A stretch of 64,000 nucleotides of DNA, taken from assembly GCA_051859245.1 (NCBI GenBank), contig JBHYGA010000001.1, positions 1,533,722-1,597,721 on the forward strand. Reading direction: 5' to 3'. Both the position numbers and the translations under genes were made by a program. A model generated the notes under the pieces. That model had not been told where the DNA came from. It did no database searches and saw only the letters and a list, made by a program, of their open reading frames with translations. This document shows, in pieces, positions 19,332-29,028 of the stretch. Source of the DNA: Gemmatimonadaceae bacterium (GTDB lineage Bacteria > Gemmatimonadota > Gemmatimonadetes > Gemmatimonadales > Gemmatimonadaceae). How positions within the stretch are numbered: the first letter of the stretch is position 1; every line of letters begins with the position of its first letter.

Positions 19332-22300
19332 GCGACACCACAGCAACGGCCGCTGACCGACGCCGAGCGCCACGCGGTCGACTGGCGGGAAGAGTCGTGC
19401 TGCTCACCGGTGCCGCCGGCAACATCGGAACGCAGATTTCACGGCAGCTACTGCGAGAAGGCGCAACGCTTGTCATGAGCGGCCGGGATCAGGCACGCCT
19501 CGACGCCGCGAAGGCCGCGCTGCGTGAAGAGTTGCACGTACCGGCCACGCGAATACTCACGGTGGTAATGGACGGCGCCGAGCCTGGACAGGTGCGTGTC
19601 GGCGTTGAGCAGGTGATGGCCAAAGCGGGACGCATCGATGTACTCGTGAACAACGCGGGTTCGGCTGGACCAAAGTGTCGACTGCGCGATGTACCGTTCA
19701 CCGCCGGTGAGCTTGAAGCGCTGGCCGAAGTTGGTGTGCACGAGAAGGAAACGGTGAGCGCGGCGGCGCGCAATTTGTTTGGCATTGCGTGGAATCTCGT
19801 GCGTGCCTGCGTGCCGCACATGAAGCCTGGCAGCACCATCATCAACGTCTCCACCATCTTCTCTCGCACGCAGTACTACGGACGCTCGGCGTACGTTGTG
19901 CCCAAGGCGGCCCTGAACAGCTTCTCCAAGCAGCTCGCGGCCGAGGTTGGACCACTCGGCATTCGCGTGAATACCGTCTTCCCTGGGCCGATTCGCTCGG
20001 AGCGAATTCGCACGGTGTTCTCAGCCATGGACAAGTTGCGTCATGCGGAGGACGGCACCACCGCGCGAGAAAACTTCGATCTCATGACACTCGCGCGCTC
20101 GGTGAATGGCGAACCACCGGAGCGAACGTTCCCGAGCGTTGAAGACGTTGCGAACACGATCGTGTTCCTGTCGTCTGACGAATCCGCGGCGTACAACGGG
20201 CACAATTTCGAAGTCACGCACGGCATGCGCGTGCGTCAGGAGTCTCGCAGTACATGGGTCTCACGTCCTGAACTGCGGACTGTCGATGGGTCCGGCGTGC
20301 GCGTCTTGCTGGCCGCTGGTGATCAGGTCAAGGACGCGCTCACCGTGGCACGCGTGCAGGCCGGTTGTGGTGCCGAAGTCGTACTCGGACTCGGCTCCGA
20401 GGAAGGCGTGCAGGCGGCGCAGGAAGCGCTCGGCGCCAATCCGGGAGACGAACGCATTCGCCCGGTACTGCTGGATCGCATGCGCCCTGAAACGGTGGAC
20501 AGCCTCTTCGAAACGCTGCGCCATGAAGACGCGCTCGTGCACGGGGCGATCATCATGCCGGCGTTTGGCGCGTGGCGCTTTCGCGGTCGGTTCACGGATG
20601 CATCAGACAGCGACGTCTCCACGTTCATTGACGGTGAAATCGCGGGCACCATGTTGCTGGCACGTGCACTGACGGTGTTCTGGAAGGATGTGGAGCACGA
20701 GCTCAGCATGCCGCCGAGCATTGCGTTCGTCACGAACGGTGACGATGGAGCGGGGAACAACTACGCCGACGTACTGCGCGCGGCGACGGAAGAGTTGTGT
20801 CGCGTCTGGCGTGATGAAACCGAGGTACAACAGGCATCAGGCGAGCGTCGTTTCGAAGAGTGGTCGAACCAGATCATTCGCTGGGGGAATCGCGAGCCAG
20901 AAGAGGTGCCATTCGCGGCGGGACAGGCCGCGCGGTTGCTGTACACGCGGCGTCGAATTCGTCAGGTGAATCTCTATCTGCCGCTGTCGATCGTACGCGC
21001 CACCGGATCACGTCGCTCGTCGTTCGGGTGGATGGAGAACGTGATGGGGCTGCACCTCGGCAAGGTTGCGCTCATCACGGGCGGTAGTGCGGGTATTGGT
21101 GGTCAGTTGGCGCGGCTGCTCGCCATTGGTGGCGCGCGCGTCATGCTCGTGGCGCGACGCGCTGATCAGCTCAAGGAAATGCGCGACGGCATTGTGACCG
21201 AACTGGAAGATATCGGCTACTACGACGCGCCCGATCGCGTGCAATGCGTGGCCGATGTTGATGTCGCCGATGAGGCGAGTCTGCGCCGCGCGGTTGACGA
21301 AACACTCGCCGCGTTCGGGCGCGTGGATTATCTGGTCAACAACGCCGGCGTGGCTGGCGCGGAACAGATGGTTGTGGACATGGACGTCGAAACGTGGCGA
21401 AACACGCTGAACGCGAATCTCGTGTCGAACTATTCGTTGATCGAGAAGATTGTCCCGATCATGAAGCGGCAGGGCAGTGGATACATTCTCAACGTATCTT
21501 CGTATTTTGGTGGCGAGAAGTACATCGCGGTTCCGTATCCCAATCGGGCGGACTACGCCGTCTCCAAGGCGGGTCAGCGCGCGCTTACCGAGAATCTTGC
21601 CCGGTTTGTCGGGCCGGAGATTCAGGTGAATGCGATTGCGCCGGGTCCGGTTGATGGTGATCGACTGCGCGGAGTTGGTGGCAAACCCGGTCTCTTCGAG
21701 CGTCGTGGCAAGCTCATTCTTGAGAATCGTCGACTGAACGCAGTGTACAAGGCGGTCATCGATGCGCTGCGCGGCGGCGCGCTCGTCACCAACGTGCTCG
21801 CGCTTGTGCAAGGCAACGATGTAGACGCCATCGCCACCGACGAAAGCGCGCCAGCCGCACTTCGCAAACTCGCCGAGAGTATTCGCGCGGAATCACTTGC
21901 GGCCGACACTGAAGCCAGCTCCGGCCGTTTTCTCATGACGCGGAGCATCGCACAGCGTCTCGTCGCGCGGTTGCGCCTCGGCGGGCGCTTTCTCGCATTG
22001 CCGGCGGATGCACCGCAGTATGGCGACGAGTGGATCCTCGCGATTCCCGACGCGGTGGAGCCGTTTATCGATCGCGATCAGATCAAGCGCGAAGCGAGCA
22101 AAATCGGCAAGGGAGTGCTGAGCATGCTGCACTTGCGCAACATGCCGGGCGAGCTCGAGGTCGCACTTGCCACGGTGTACTTTCTCGCGGACCGCGCTGT
22201 TTCCGGAGAGACGTTCCAGCCGTCGGGAGGTTTGCATCAGGAGCGCACCATCACCGAGCGAGAACTGTTTGGCCGTGCCAAGCCCGAGCGCATTGCGCGG

Positions 22301-23026
22301 ATGGCGCAGCAAACGATCTGGCTGGTGGGCGACTACCTGTATCCGCATCTCGCGCGCGCGGCTCGCCTGGCGCTGGAGTACAGCCATGTCGGCCGCATCA
22401 TGCTGCTCACACGCACACCCGAGGCGGCGGCGCAAACCCAGGACTTGCTCCGTATTGTGCTCGGCAATGAACGGGTGCACAGCATTGTGGTGGGTGATGA
22501 TCTCGACGCGGGCATGGACGAGGCACTGCGTGTGGGCGGACAGCCGGCCGCTGTTGTATCAACGCCGTTCGAGCCACTCCCGCGAGAACTCTTCAATGCC
22601 GATGGGTCTGCGGCGCTCGATGCGGCGGGCTTTGCGTCGCTTGTTGAGGAGCACCTGACCCATCACTTCCGCGTGGCGCGCAAAGTGTCGTTGTTTGACG
22701 ACGTGCGTTTGGTACTCGTGTCGCCAGACGTACCGGTGCATCCAACGCACGCCGAGTTCGCCCTGGCAAACTTTGTGAAAACCACCTTGCACGCGCTCAC
22801 CGCCACTCTCGGCGTGGAGAACGAGCGTCTGGTGCACAACGTGCCGGTCAACCAGATCAACCTCACGCGTCGTGTGCGCTCGGAAGAGCCGCGTGACGCC
22901 CGTGAGCAGGCAGAAGAACAGGAGCGCTTTGCCCACGCCGTGTTGCTTGCCAGCGCCCCGTTGCCAGACCAGGAAGACAGCCGATATCGGTCGCGAATCT
23001 ATCGCGGTCTCGCGATCACGGTGTGA
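19328..23026 (+). CDS. mcr: Bifunctional malonyl-CoA reductase (malonyl-CoA to 3-hydroxypropionate)
   Basis: About 1230 aa with two SDR modules: TGAAGNIG/NNAG/YYGRSAYVVPK and TGGSAGIG/NNAG/YPNRADYAVSK. C-terminus RIYRGLAITV resembles Chloroflexus Mcr. ATGA overlap with pcs. Confidence 0.93.
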   Translation: MSDTTATAADRRRAPRGRLAGRVVLLTGAAGNIGTQISRQLLREGATLVMSGRDQARLDAAKAALREELHVPATRILTVVMDGAEPGQVRVGVEQVMAKAGRIDVLVNNAGSAGPKCRLRDVPFTAGELEALAEVGVHEKETVSAAARNLFGIAWNLVRACVPHMKPGSTIINVSTIFSRTQYYGRSAYVVPKAALNSFSKQLAAEVGPLGIRVNTVFPGPIRSERIRTVFSAMDKLRHAEDGTTARENFDLMTLARSVNGEPPERTFPSVEDVANTIVFLSSDESAAYNGHNFEVTHGMRVRQESRSTWVSRPELRTVDGSGVRVLLAAGDQVKDALTVARVQAGCGAEVVLGLGSEEGVQAAQEALGANPGDERIRPVLLDRMRPETVDSLFETLRHEDALVHGAIIMPAFGAWRFRGRFTDASDSDVSTFIDGEIAGTMLLARALTVFWKDVEHELSMPPSIAFVTNGDDGAGNNYADVLRAATEELCRVWRDETEVQQASGERRFEEWSNQIIRWGNREPEEVPFAAGQAARLLYTRRRIRQVNLYLPLSIVRATGSRRSSFGWMENVMGLHLGKVALITGGSAGIGGQLARLLAIGGARVMLVARRADQLKEMRDGIVTELEDIGYYDAPDRVQCVADVDVADEASLRRAVDETLAAFGRVDYLVNNAGVAGAEQMVVDMDVETWRNTLNANLVSNYSLIEKIVPIMKRQGSGYILNVSSYFGGEKYIAVPYPNRADYAVSKAGQRALTENLARFVGPEIQVNAIAPGPVDGDRLRGVGGKPGLFERRGKLILENRRLNAVYKAVIDALRGGALVTNVLALVQGNDVDAIATDESAPAALRKLAESIRAESLAADTEASSGRFLMTRSIAQRLVARLRLGGRFLALPADAPQYGDEWILAIPDAVEPFIDRDQIKREASKIGKGVLSMLHLRNMPGELEVALATVYFLADRAVSGETFQPSGGLHQERTITERELFGRAKPERIARMAQQTIWLVGDYLYPHLARAARLALEYSHVGRIMLLTRTPEAAAQTQDLLRIVLGNERVHSIVVGDDLDAGMDEALRVGGQPAAVVSTPFEPLPRELFNADGSAALDAAGFASLVEEHLTHHFRVARKVSLFDDVRLVLVSPDVPVHPTHAEFALANFVKTTLHALTATLGVENERLVHNVPVNQINLTRRVRSEEPRDAREQAEEQERFAHAVLLASAPLPDQEDSRYRSRIYRGLAITV

Positions 23027-23088
23027 GGGAAAAAACCACGTAGTTTTCGGGGCGTTGCGAGGCTTGCCAAGGCATTACTTTACGCCTC

Positions 23089-24084
23089 ATGACAGACGTC
23101 GTTGCACTCGCCACTGAATTGCTTTCCATCGACTCGTCCACCGGCCGCGAACGCGAGGCGGTGGACGTGGTTGGCCGCTGGCTCGTTGCCCGGGGGTGGA
23201 ACGTCACCCTGCAGGAAGTCGAGCCCGGTCGCAGTAATGTCTGGGCCACCCGTGCGGGGGGCGGAGTCACGCTCTCCACGCACCTGGATACCGTTCCGCC
23301 CTATATCGCGCCGCGGCTCGATGACGGCCGGCTGTACGGTCGCGGCGCCTGCGACGCCAAGGGCATTGCCGCGGCTATGCTTGTGGCCGCGCAGCAGCTC
23401 GCGGACTCCGGCGAAGAGCGTGTTGACCTGCTCTTTGTGGTCGGCGAAGAAAAGGGGTCTCCGGGTGCTCGCGCGGCCAACCGGTTGCCCGCCACCAGCA
23501 AGTGGCTGGTGAACGGCGAGCCCACCGAAAGCAAGCTGGCATCCGGCGCGAAAGGCGCGCAGCGCGTGATTGTGCGTGTGCGCGGACGCGAAGCGCATTC
23601 GGCGTACCCTGAGTTTGGCAGCAGTGCCCTCGATCCGTTGCTCGCGCTGTTGCCGCAAGTGCGCGATCTGCCGCTGCCGAGTGATCCGGTGCTCGGCATG
23701 ACCACGAGCAACATTGGTGTACTGCGCGCCGGTACCGAAGCGAACGTTATTCCTGGCCTCGCCGAGGCGGAAATCATGATTCGGCTCGTTGGCGACATCG
23801 CGCCGGTCAAGCAGGTCTTTGAAGACTGGGCCAAGGGCCGCGCCGAGTTGGAATGGGGCTCGTTCATTCCGGCGCAGCGCTTTCATACGATCGAAGGATT
23901 TGACGTGGCACCGGTCGCATTCACCACCGATATCCCCCTGCTGAATCGTTGGGGCACGCCATTGTTGTTTGGACCCGGCTCCATTCACGTGGCGCACACG
24001 CCAGACGAACACATTGCCGTGTCTGAGTTGCGCGACGCGGTATCGGCCTACGTGCGCATTGTGGAGGCACTGCTCGCAACATGA
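23089..24084 (+). CDS. M20 family deacylase (ArgE/DapE-like; likely succinyl-DAP desuccinylase by context)
   Basis: HLDTVP, GRGACDAKG, GEE, GEPT and AHTPDE metal-binding motifs; first gene of the dap operon. Confidence 0.85.
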   Translation: MTDVVALATELLSIDSSTGREREAVDVVGRWLVARGWNVTLQEVEPGRSNVWATRAGGGVTLSTHLDTVPPYIAPRLDDGRLYGRGACDAKGIAAAMLVAAQQLADSGEERVDLLFVVGEEKGSPGARAANRLPATSKWLVNGEPTESKLASGAKGAQRVIVRVRGREAHSAYPEFGSSALDPLLALLPQVRDLPLPSDPVLGMTTSNIGVLRAGTEANVIPGLAEAEIMIRLVGDIAPVKQVFEDWAKGRAELEWGSFIPAQRFHTIEGFDVAPVAFTTDIPLLNRWGTPLLFGPGSIHVAHTPDEHIAVSELRDAVSAYVRIVEALLAT

Positions 24085-25169
24085 ACACGCCTCACAAAAT
24101 TCCGGTTGCGATTCTCGGCGCGACGGGCGCTGTTGGCCAGGCGTTCATTCGTCATCTGACCGGGCATCCGTGGTTTGACATCGCGGAGGTGGCCGCGTCG
24201 GAGCGTTCGGCCGGCCGTTCGTATCGCGACGCCGCGCGTTGGCTGGAAGGCGTTTTGCCGGATCACGTAGCGGAACTCACGGTGCAAGCGTGTACGCCGT
24301 CGCAGATCACGTCGCCCATTGTATTCTCCGCGCTCGATGCAGGTGTGGCTGGCGAGGTGGAAGCCGATTTTGCGCGCGCCGGAAGACTCGTGCTCTCCAA
24401 CGCAAAGAACTATCGCATGGAAGCCGATGTGCCGCTCGTGATTCCCGAGGTGAATGGAGATCATCTCGGACTGCTCGCCACGCAACAGTTGGTGCGCGGT
24501 TGGAGCGGTGCCATCGTCACCAACGCCAACTGTGCCGTGACAGTCATGGCGGCGGCACTCGCGCCGCTGCATGAGCTGTACACGGTACAGAAGGTGGTCG
24601 CCGTTACCATGCAGGCGATTTCCGGCGCGGGATATCCGGGTGTGCCGTCGCTGGATATTCTGGGCAACGTGATTCCGTACATCGGCGACGAAGAGCCCAA
24701 GATCGAGCGCGAACTCGGCAAGCTGCTCGGTCGATTCAGCGACAACCGAATCGTCGCCGCGCCCATTGCGGTGAGCGCGCACGCCAATCGTGTGCCGGTC
24801 GAACACGGTCACACAGTGTGTCTCACCGTCGGATTCGAAACAGCGCCCACGGTACACGAGGCGTTGGAGGTTCTGCGCAACTGGCGCGGACACGCCGCGG
24901 TGCAGGGACTACCGTCGGCACCATTTCCCGCGATTGACGTTCGCGAGGAGCTTGATCGTCCGCAACCGCGGCGCGACGCGGGCAATGGTCGTGGCATGAC
25001 GATCAGCGTGGGCCGCGTGCGTGAAGACGCCGTGATGGATCTTCGCATGGTCGCCATGGCGCACAACGTGGTGCGTGGAGCAGCCGGCGGCTCTGTGCTC
25101 AATGCTGAACTGTTGCTGTCGAATGGTTTGCTTGATCGTGCAACGGGTGCGTTGCGAGTCGGTTCGTGA
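24081..25169 (+). CDS. asd: Aspartate-semialdehyde dehydrogenase
   Basis: GATGAVG, catalytic NANC, QAISGAG, RVPVEHGH and RGAAG motifs. Confidence 0.95.
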   Translation: MNTPHKIPVAILGATGAVGQAFIRHLTGHPWFDIAEVAASERSAGRSYRDAARWLEGVLPDHVAELTVQACTPSQITSPIVFSALDAGVAGEVEADFARAGRLVLSNAKNYRMEADVPLVIPEVNGDHLGLLATQQLVRGWSGAIVTNANCAVTVMAAALAPLHELYTVQKVVAVTMQAISGAGYPGVPSLDILGNVIPYIGDEEPKIERELGKLLGRFSDNRIVAAPIAVSAHANRVPVEHGHTVCLTVGFETAPTVHEALEVLRNWRGHAAVQGLPSAPFPAIDVREELDRPQPRRDAGNGRGMTISVGRVREDAVMDLRMVAMAHNVVRGAAGGSVLNAELLLSNGLLDRATGALRVGS

Positions 25170-26521
25170 TCGTCTGCAAGTTCGGTGGCACATCGGTTGC
25201 CGACGCGGAGGCGATTGATCGCGCCGCACGCATTGTGCACGGCAAGCTTGATCGCGAACCAGTTGTCGTGGTATCGGCACTTTCTGGCGTGACCAATGAG
25301 TTACTCGAAGTCGCACGCCGTGCGGCGGCGGGTGATTTGTTGCTCGCGGTGACCAATGTGGAAGCGCTGCGCGCCAGACATCTCGCGGAAGCGCAAGCGT
25401 TGCTTGGCGACAGCGCTGAGTTCGACGACATCGTCGCGGAAATCAGCGTGGGCTTTGATGAGTTGGCGCACCTCGCAGAAGCGTTCAGCACACTTGGCTT
25501 CGTCACGCCACGTTCGCTGGACGCAGTGGCTGCAATCGGTGAAGTGCTCTCGTCGCAAATGGTCGCCGCGGCGTTCCGGCATCGCGGTGTGCCCGCCGAA
25601 TGGGTCGACGCGCGCACGGTGATGATCACGGACGATCACTTCACCCGCGCCGCACCCAACGTAAACGCGATCGCGGCGGCGTCTCGTGAGCACATTCGTC
25701 CGATTGTGGCGCTAGGCAAGGTGCCGGTGCTGGGTGGGTTTATCGGCTCAACCTCCGCGAACGTCACCACCACACTTGGTCGCGGCGGATCCGACTACTC
25801 CGCGGCACTGTTCGGCGCGGCACTCGAAGCGGAAGCGATCGAGATCTGGACTGACGTCGACGGCATGCTCACCGCGGATCCGCGCGTGGTCCCAACGGCG
25901 CGCCTGATCGATCGCATTCGGTTTGACGAAGCGGCGGAACTGGCCTCATTTGGTGCAAAGGTTTTGCACCCGAGCACGATTGCGCCGGCCGTGCAACGCG
26001 GCATTCCTGTGTTCATCTTTAACTCGCGCAAGCCAGAAGGCACGGGCACAATGATCGCGTTCGACGCACCGCGTCATCCGGTGCGCGCGATTGCGGGCAA
26101 GCGCAACACCACGCTGGTAAAACTGCGCACCACGCGCATGCTGCTCGCGCATGGCTTTTTGCGATCCGTGTTCGAGGTGTTCGAACGGCACCGCACCTCG
26201 GTGGACGTGGTCGCCACATCCGAAGTGTCTATTTCCGTTACGCTTGATGATCCCGCGCGACTAGATGACATCGTGGCCGATCTGTCGGTGTACGGTGACG
26301 TCTCAGTTGAGCGTTCACGCGGCATTGTGGCAATCGTTGGCGCTGGCCTCGCCGATGGCACGGCCACACTTGCAGGGGCGTTGGCGTCGCTCGGGCCAAT
26401 CAGCGTGCACATGGCGTCGCTGAGCGCCACTGGCATCAACTTCACGTTGGTGATTGATGATGCGCAGGTGATTCCGGCAATGCAGCGACTGCACGCGGGA
26501 TTCTTTGAGGCAAACGCATGA
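25166..26521 (+). CDS. lysC: Aspartokinase (LysC type)
   Basis: KFGGTSV, VVSA, TTLGRGGSDYSA and WTDVDG motifs, with two C-terminal ACT domains (TSEVSIS). Confidence 0.95.
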   Translation: MIVCKFGGTSVADAEAIDRAARIVHGKLDREPVVVVSALSGVTNELLEVARRAAAGDLLLAVTNVEALRARHLAEAQALLGDSAEFDDIVAEISVGFDELAHLAEAFSTLGFVTPRSLDAVAAIGEVLSSQMVAAAFRHRGVPAEWVDARTVMITDDHFTRAAPNVNAIAAASREHIRPIVALGKVPVLGGFIGSTSANVTTTLGRGGSDYSAALFGAALEAEAIEIWTDVDGMLTADPRVVPTARLIDRIRFDEAAELASFGAKVLHPSTIAPAVQRGIPVFIFNSRKPEGTGTMIAFDAPRHPVRAIAGKRNTTLVKLRTTRMLLAHGFLRSVFEVFERHRTSVDVVATSEVSISVTLDDPARLDDIVADLSVYGDVSVERSRGIVAIVGAGLADGTATLAGALASLGPISVHMASLSATGINFTLVIDDAQVIPAMQRLHAGFFEANA

Positions 26522-27240
26522 GCATCGTGCGCGTTGCACTCATCGGCTACGGTCGCATGGGCCGCGCGCTCGAGTTACTTGCGCCGTCGCATGAGTGCGA
26601 GGTGGTGGCGAGACTCGACGCCGCCGACATTGGGCCAGACGGCGTGACGCGATCGCAGCTCGGCAACGCCGACGTCGCCATCGAGTTCACGGTGCCTGAT
26701 GCGGCACTTGTCAACGCGGTGCATTGCATGAACGCGGGGGTCCCCGTGGTAATTGGTACCACGGGTTGGTACGAACGGGTGCCTGAGCTCTCCGCGCTGT
26801 CGGCGGCGCATAACGGCCGCGTGTTGTGGTCGCCCAACTTTGCGCCTGGTGTGCAGATCATGCTGGCACTCGCCGAAACGGCGGGTCGTTTGTTCCGCCA
26901 TGCGCAGGGCTTTGACGCACATCTCGTGGAAACCCATCACACGGCCAAACTCGACGCGCCATCCGGAACGGCGATCGCACTCCGTGAACGTGCGGAGCTT
27001 GGGCTGGAACGGTCCCTTCCGGTGAGCAGTGTGCGCGTTGGTTCGGTGCCAGGCACGCATGAGTTCATCTTTGACGCGCCGTTCGAACAGGTGCGACTCA
27101 CTCATGAAGCGCGCGATCGGCGCGTCTTCGCCGATGGTGCGCTTGCCGCTGCTCGCTGGCTCGCGGCAAAACGTGAACCGGGTATCTACACGATGCGTGA
27201 TGTGCTGGGTCTGGCCTCAACTACTGGTACCGCGACATGA
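26518..27240 (+). CDS. dapB: 4-hydroxy-tetrahydrodipicolinate reductase
   Basis: GYGRMG, GTTG and ETHHTAKLDAPSGTA motifs. Confidence 0.95.
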   Translation: MSIVRVALIGYGRMGRALELLAPSHECEVVARLDAADIGPDGVTRSQLGNADVAIEFTVPDAALVNAVHCMNAGVPVVIGTTGWYERVPELSALSAAHNGRVLWSPNFAPGVQIMLALAETAGRLFRHAQGFDAHLVETHHTAKLDAPSGTAIALRERAELGLERSLPVSSVRVGSVPGTHEFIFDAPFEQVRLTHEARDRRVFADGALAAARWLAAKREPGIYTMRDVLGLASTTGTAT

Positions 27241-28160
27241 CCACCACCCAGCCGCTGCGTGGCTGCGGCACCGCACTTGTCACGCCATTCAGGGCGAGCG
27301 GTGCGATTGATGAGCGCGCACTGACATCGCTGCTGGATGCTCAGCTCGCGGCCGGTATTCACTTTCTCGTCCCGTGCGGATCAACCGGCGAGGCCGCCAC
27401 GCTCACGCACGATGAGCATGTGCGCGTGGTCGAGATCGTGGCCAGGGTCGTGGACGGACGCGTGCCTGTCGTCGCGGGCGCCGGTTCGAATGACACGGTC
27501 AAAGCCATCGCCATGTCGAAGGCCGTGGCCGATGTTGGCGCGACACACCTGTTGCACGTCTCGCCGATGTACAACAAGCCGCCGCAGCGCGGATTGATAG
27601 CGCACTTTCACGCGATTGCCGATGCCAGTACGCTCCCGATCATGCTGTACAACGTGCCGGGTCGCACGGGTGGCAATATCGAGGCGGCCACCACGCTTGA
27701 GTTGGCCTCACATCCGCGCATTATCGCAATCAAGGAAGCGTCCGGCAATCTCACGCAGATCGATGAGATCCTGCGATTGCGCACGGATGACTTTGGTGTG
27801 CTCTCCGGCGATGACGCCATGACGTTGCCCATGATGGCGCTTGGCGCGGAAGGCGTCGTCTCGGTGGTGTCAAACGTGTTTCCGGCGGCCATGGTCGCAC
27901 TGGTCAACGCCTCTGGTGCGGGAGACTTTGTGCGAGCACGCGCGATTCATCGGGCGCTGCTGCCGTTTTTCAACGCCGCTTTTGTCGAATCCAATCCGAT
28001 GCCGGTCAAACATGTGCTGGCCGCTGATGGTGTCATGCAGAATGTATTGCGCTCGCCACTTGTACCGCTGAGCGACGCGAAGCACGACACTGTGGCGTCC
28101 GCCGTGCAACACGTTCGTCACGCGCTCGCATCGCTCGACCTCTCTGTTCCGTCTACCTGA
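27237..28160 (+). CDS. dapA: 4-hydroxy-tetrahydrodipicolinate synthase
   Basis: TALVTPF, GSTGE, YNVPGRT, IKEASG and SGDD motifs. Confidence 0.96.
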   Translation: MTTTQPLRGCGTALVTPFRASGAIDERALTSLLDAQLAAGIHFLVPCGSTGEAATLTHDEHVRVVEIVARVVDGRVPVVAGAGSNDTVKAIAMSKAVADVGATHLLHVSPMYNKPPQRGLIAHFHAIADASTLPIMLYNVPGRTGGNIEAATTLELASHPRIIAIKEASGNLTQIDEILRLRTDDFGVLSGDDAMTLPMMALGAEGVVSVVSNVFPAAMVALVNASGAGDFVRARAIHRALLPFFNAAFVESNPMPVKHVLAADGVMQNVLRSPLVPLSDAKHDTVASAVQHVRHALASLDLSVPST

Positions 28161-28168
28161 GCACCCGT

Positions 28169-29026
28169 ATGGCCCTCTCTCTTGCCGAACTTGAAGCGCG
28201 TCTGTCGCATCCGGACCTGCTTGACTCTAACGTCACGTTGCCAATGGACGCGGCCGCCACGTTCGAGACGTTTCTCGTGCGATTGGAAGCCGGCGAACTG
28301 CGCGCGGCGCGCAAAGATGCGGACGGCCGCTGGCATGCCGTGCCATGGGTAAAGCGTGGCATCCTGCTCGGTTTCCGCATCGGTCGCGTTGTTGAAATGG
28401 GTGCGGCGACTGGCGGCATCAATCACTTTCTTGATAAGCACACGTTTCCGCCGCGTGAATACCGCCTCGAGCATTCGGTGCGCATTGTGCCCGGCGGATC
28501 GGCCGTGCGGCGCGGCGCGTATCTCGCGCCAGGTGTGGTGTGCATGCCGCCCATGTACGTGAACGTTGGCGCGTACGTTGGTGCCGGTACGATGGTGGAT
28601 TCGCACGCGCTCGTGGGTTCGTGCGCGCAGATTGGCGAGCGCGTGCACTTGAGTGCGGCCGCACAAATTGGTGGCGTGCTTGAGCCGGTGAATGCGGCGC
28701 CGGTGATCATTGAAGACGACGTGATTGTTGGCGGCAACTGCGGCGTGTACGAAGGCACGGTGGTGCGCGAGCGCGCTGTGCTCGGCGCCGGCGTGATTCT
28801 CACGCGTGGCACACCGGTGTATGATCTGGTGCAGGAGCGCATGCTGCGCGGCACCGATGATTCGCCTCTCGAGATTCCCGCCGGTGCCGTGGTCGTCCCC
28901 GGTGCGCGACAGGTCACGTCGGAGTGGGGGCGCGCGCAGGGTCTCTCCATTCAGACACCTGTGATTGTGAAGTACCGCGACAGCCGCACCGATTCGGCCA
29001 CCGCGCTCGAAGCCTGGCTGCGGTAG
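28169..29026 (+). CDS. dapD: Tetrahydrodipicolinate N-succinyltransferase
   Basis: [11 protein letters not shown], hexapeptide repeats and GGVLEP. Confidence 0.94.
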   Translation: MALSLAELEARLSHPDLLDSNVTLPMDAAATFETFLVRLEAGELRAARKDADGRWHAVPWVKRGILLGFRIGRVVEMGAATGGINHFLDKHTFPPREYRLEHSVRIVPGGSAVRRGAYLAPGVVCMPPMYVNVGAYVGAGTMVDSHALVGSCAQIGERVHLSAAAQIGGVLEPVNAAPVIIEDDVIVGGNCGVYEGTVVRERAVLGAGVILTRGTPVYDLVQERMLRGTDDSPLEIPAGAVVVPGARQVTSEWGRAQGLSIQTPVIVKYRDSRTDSATALEAWLR

Positions 29027-29028
29027 TC

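Noticed and set aside
23027..23088. Lysine riboswitch upstream of the dap/lysC operon
   Set aside because: The spacer is only 62 nt, too short, and has no L-box motifs.
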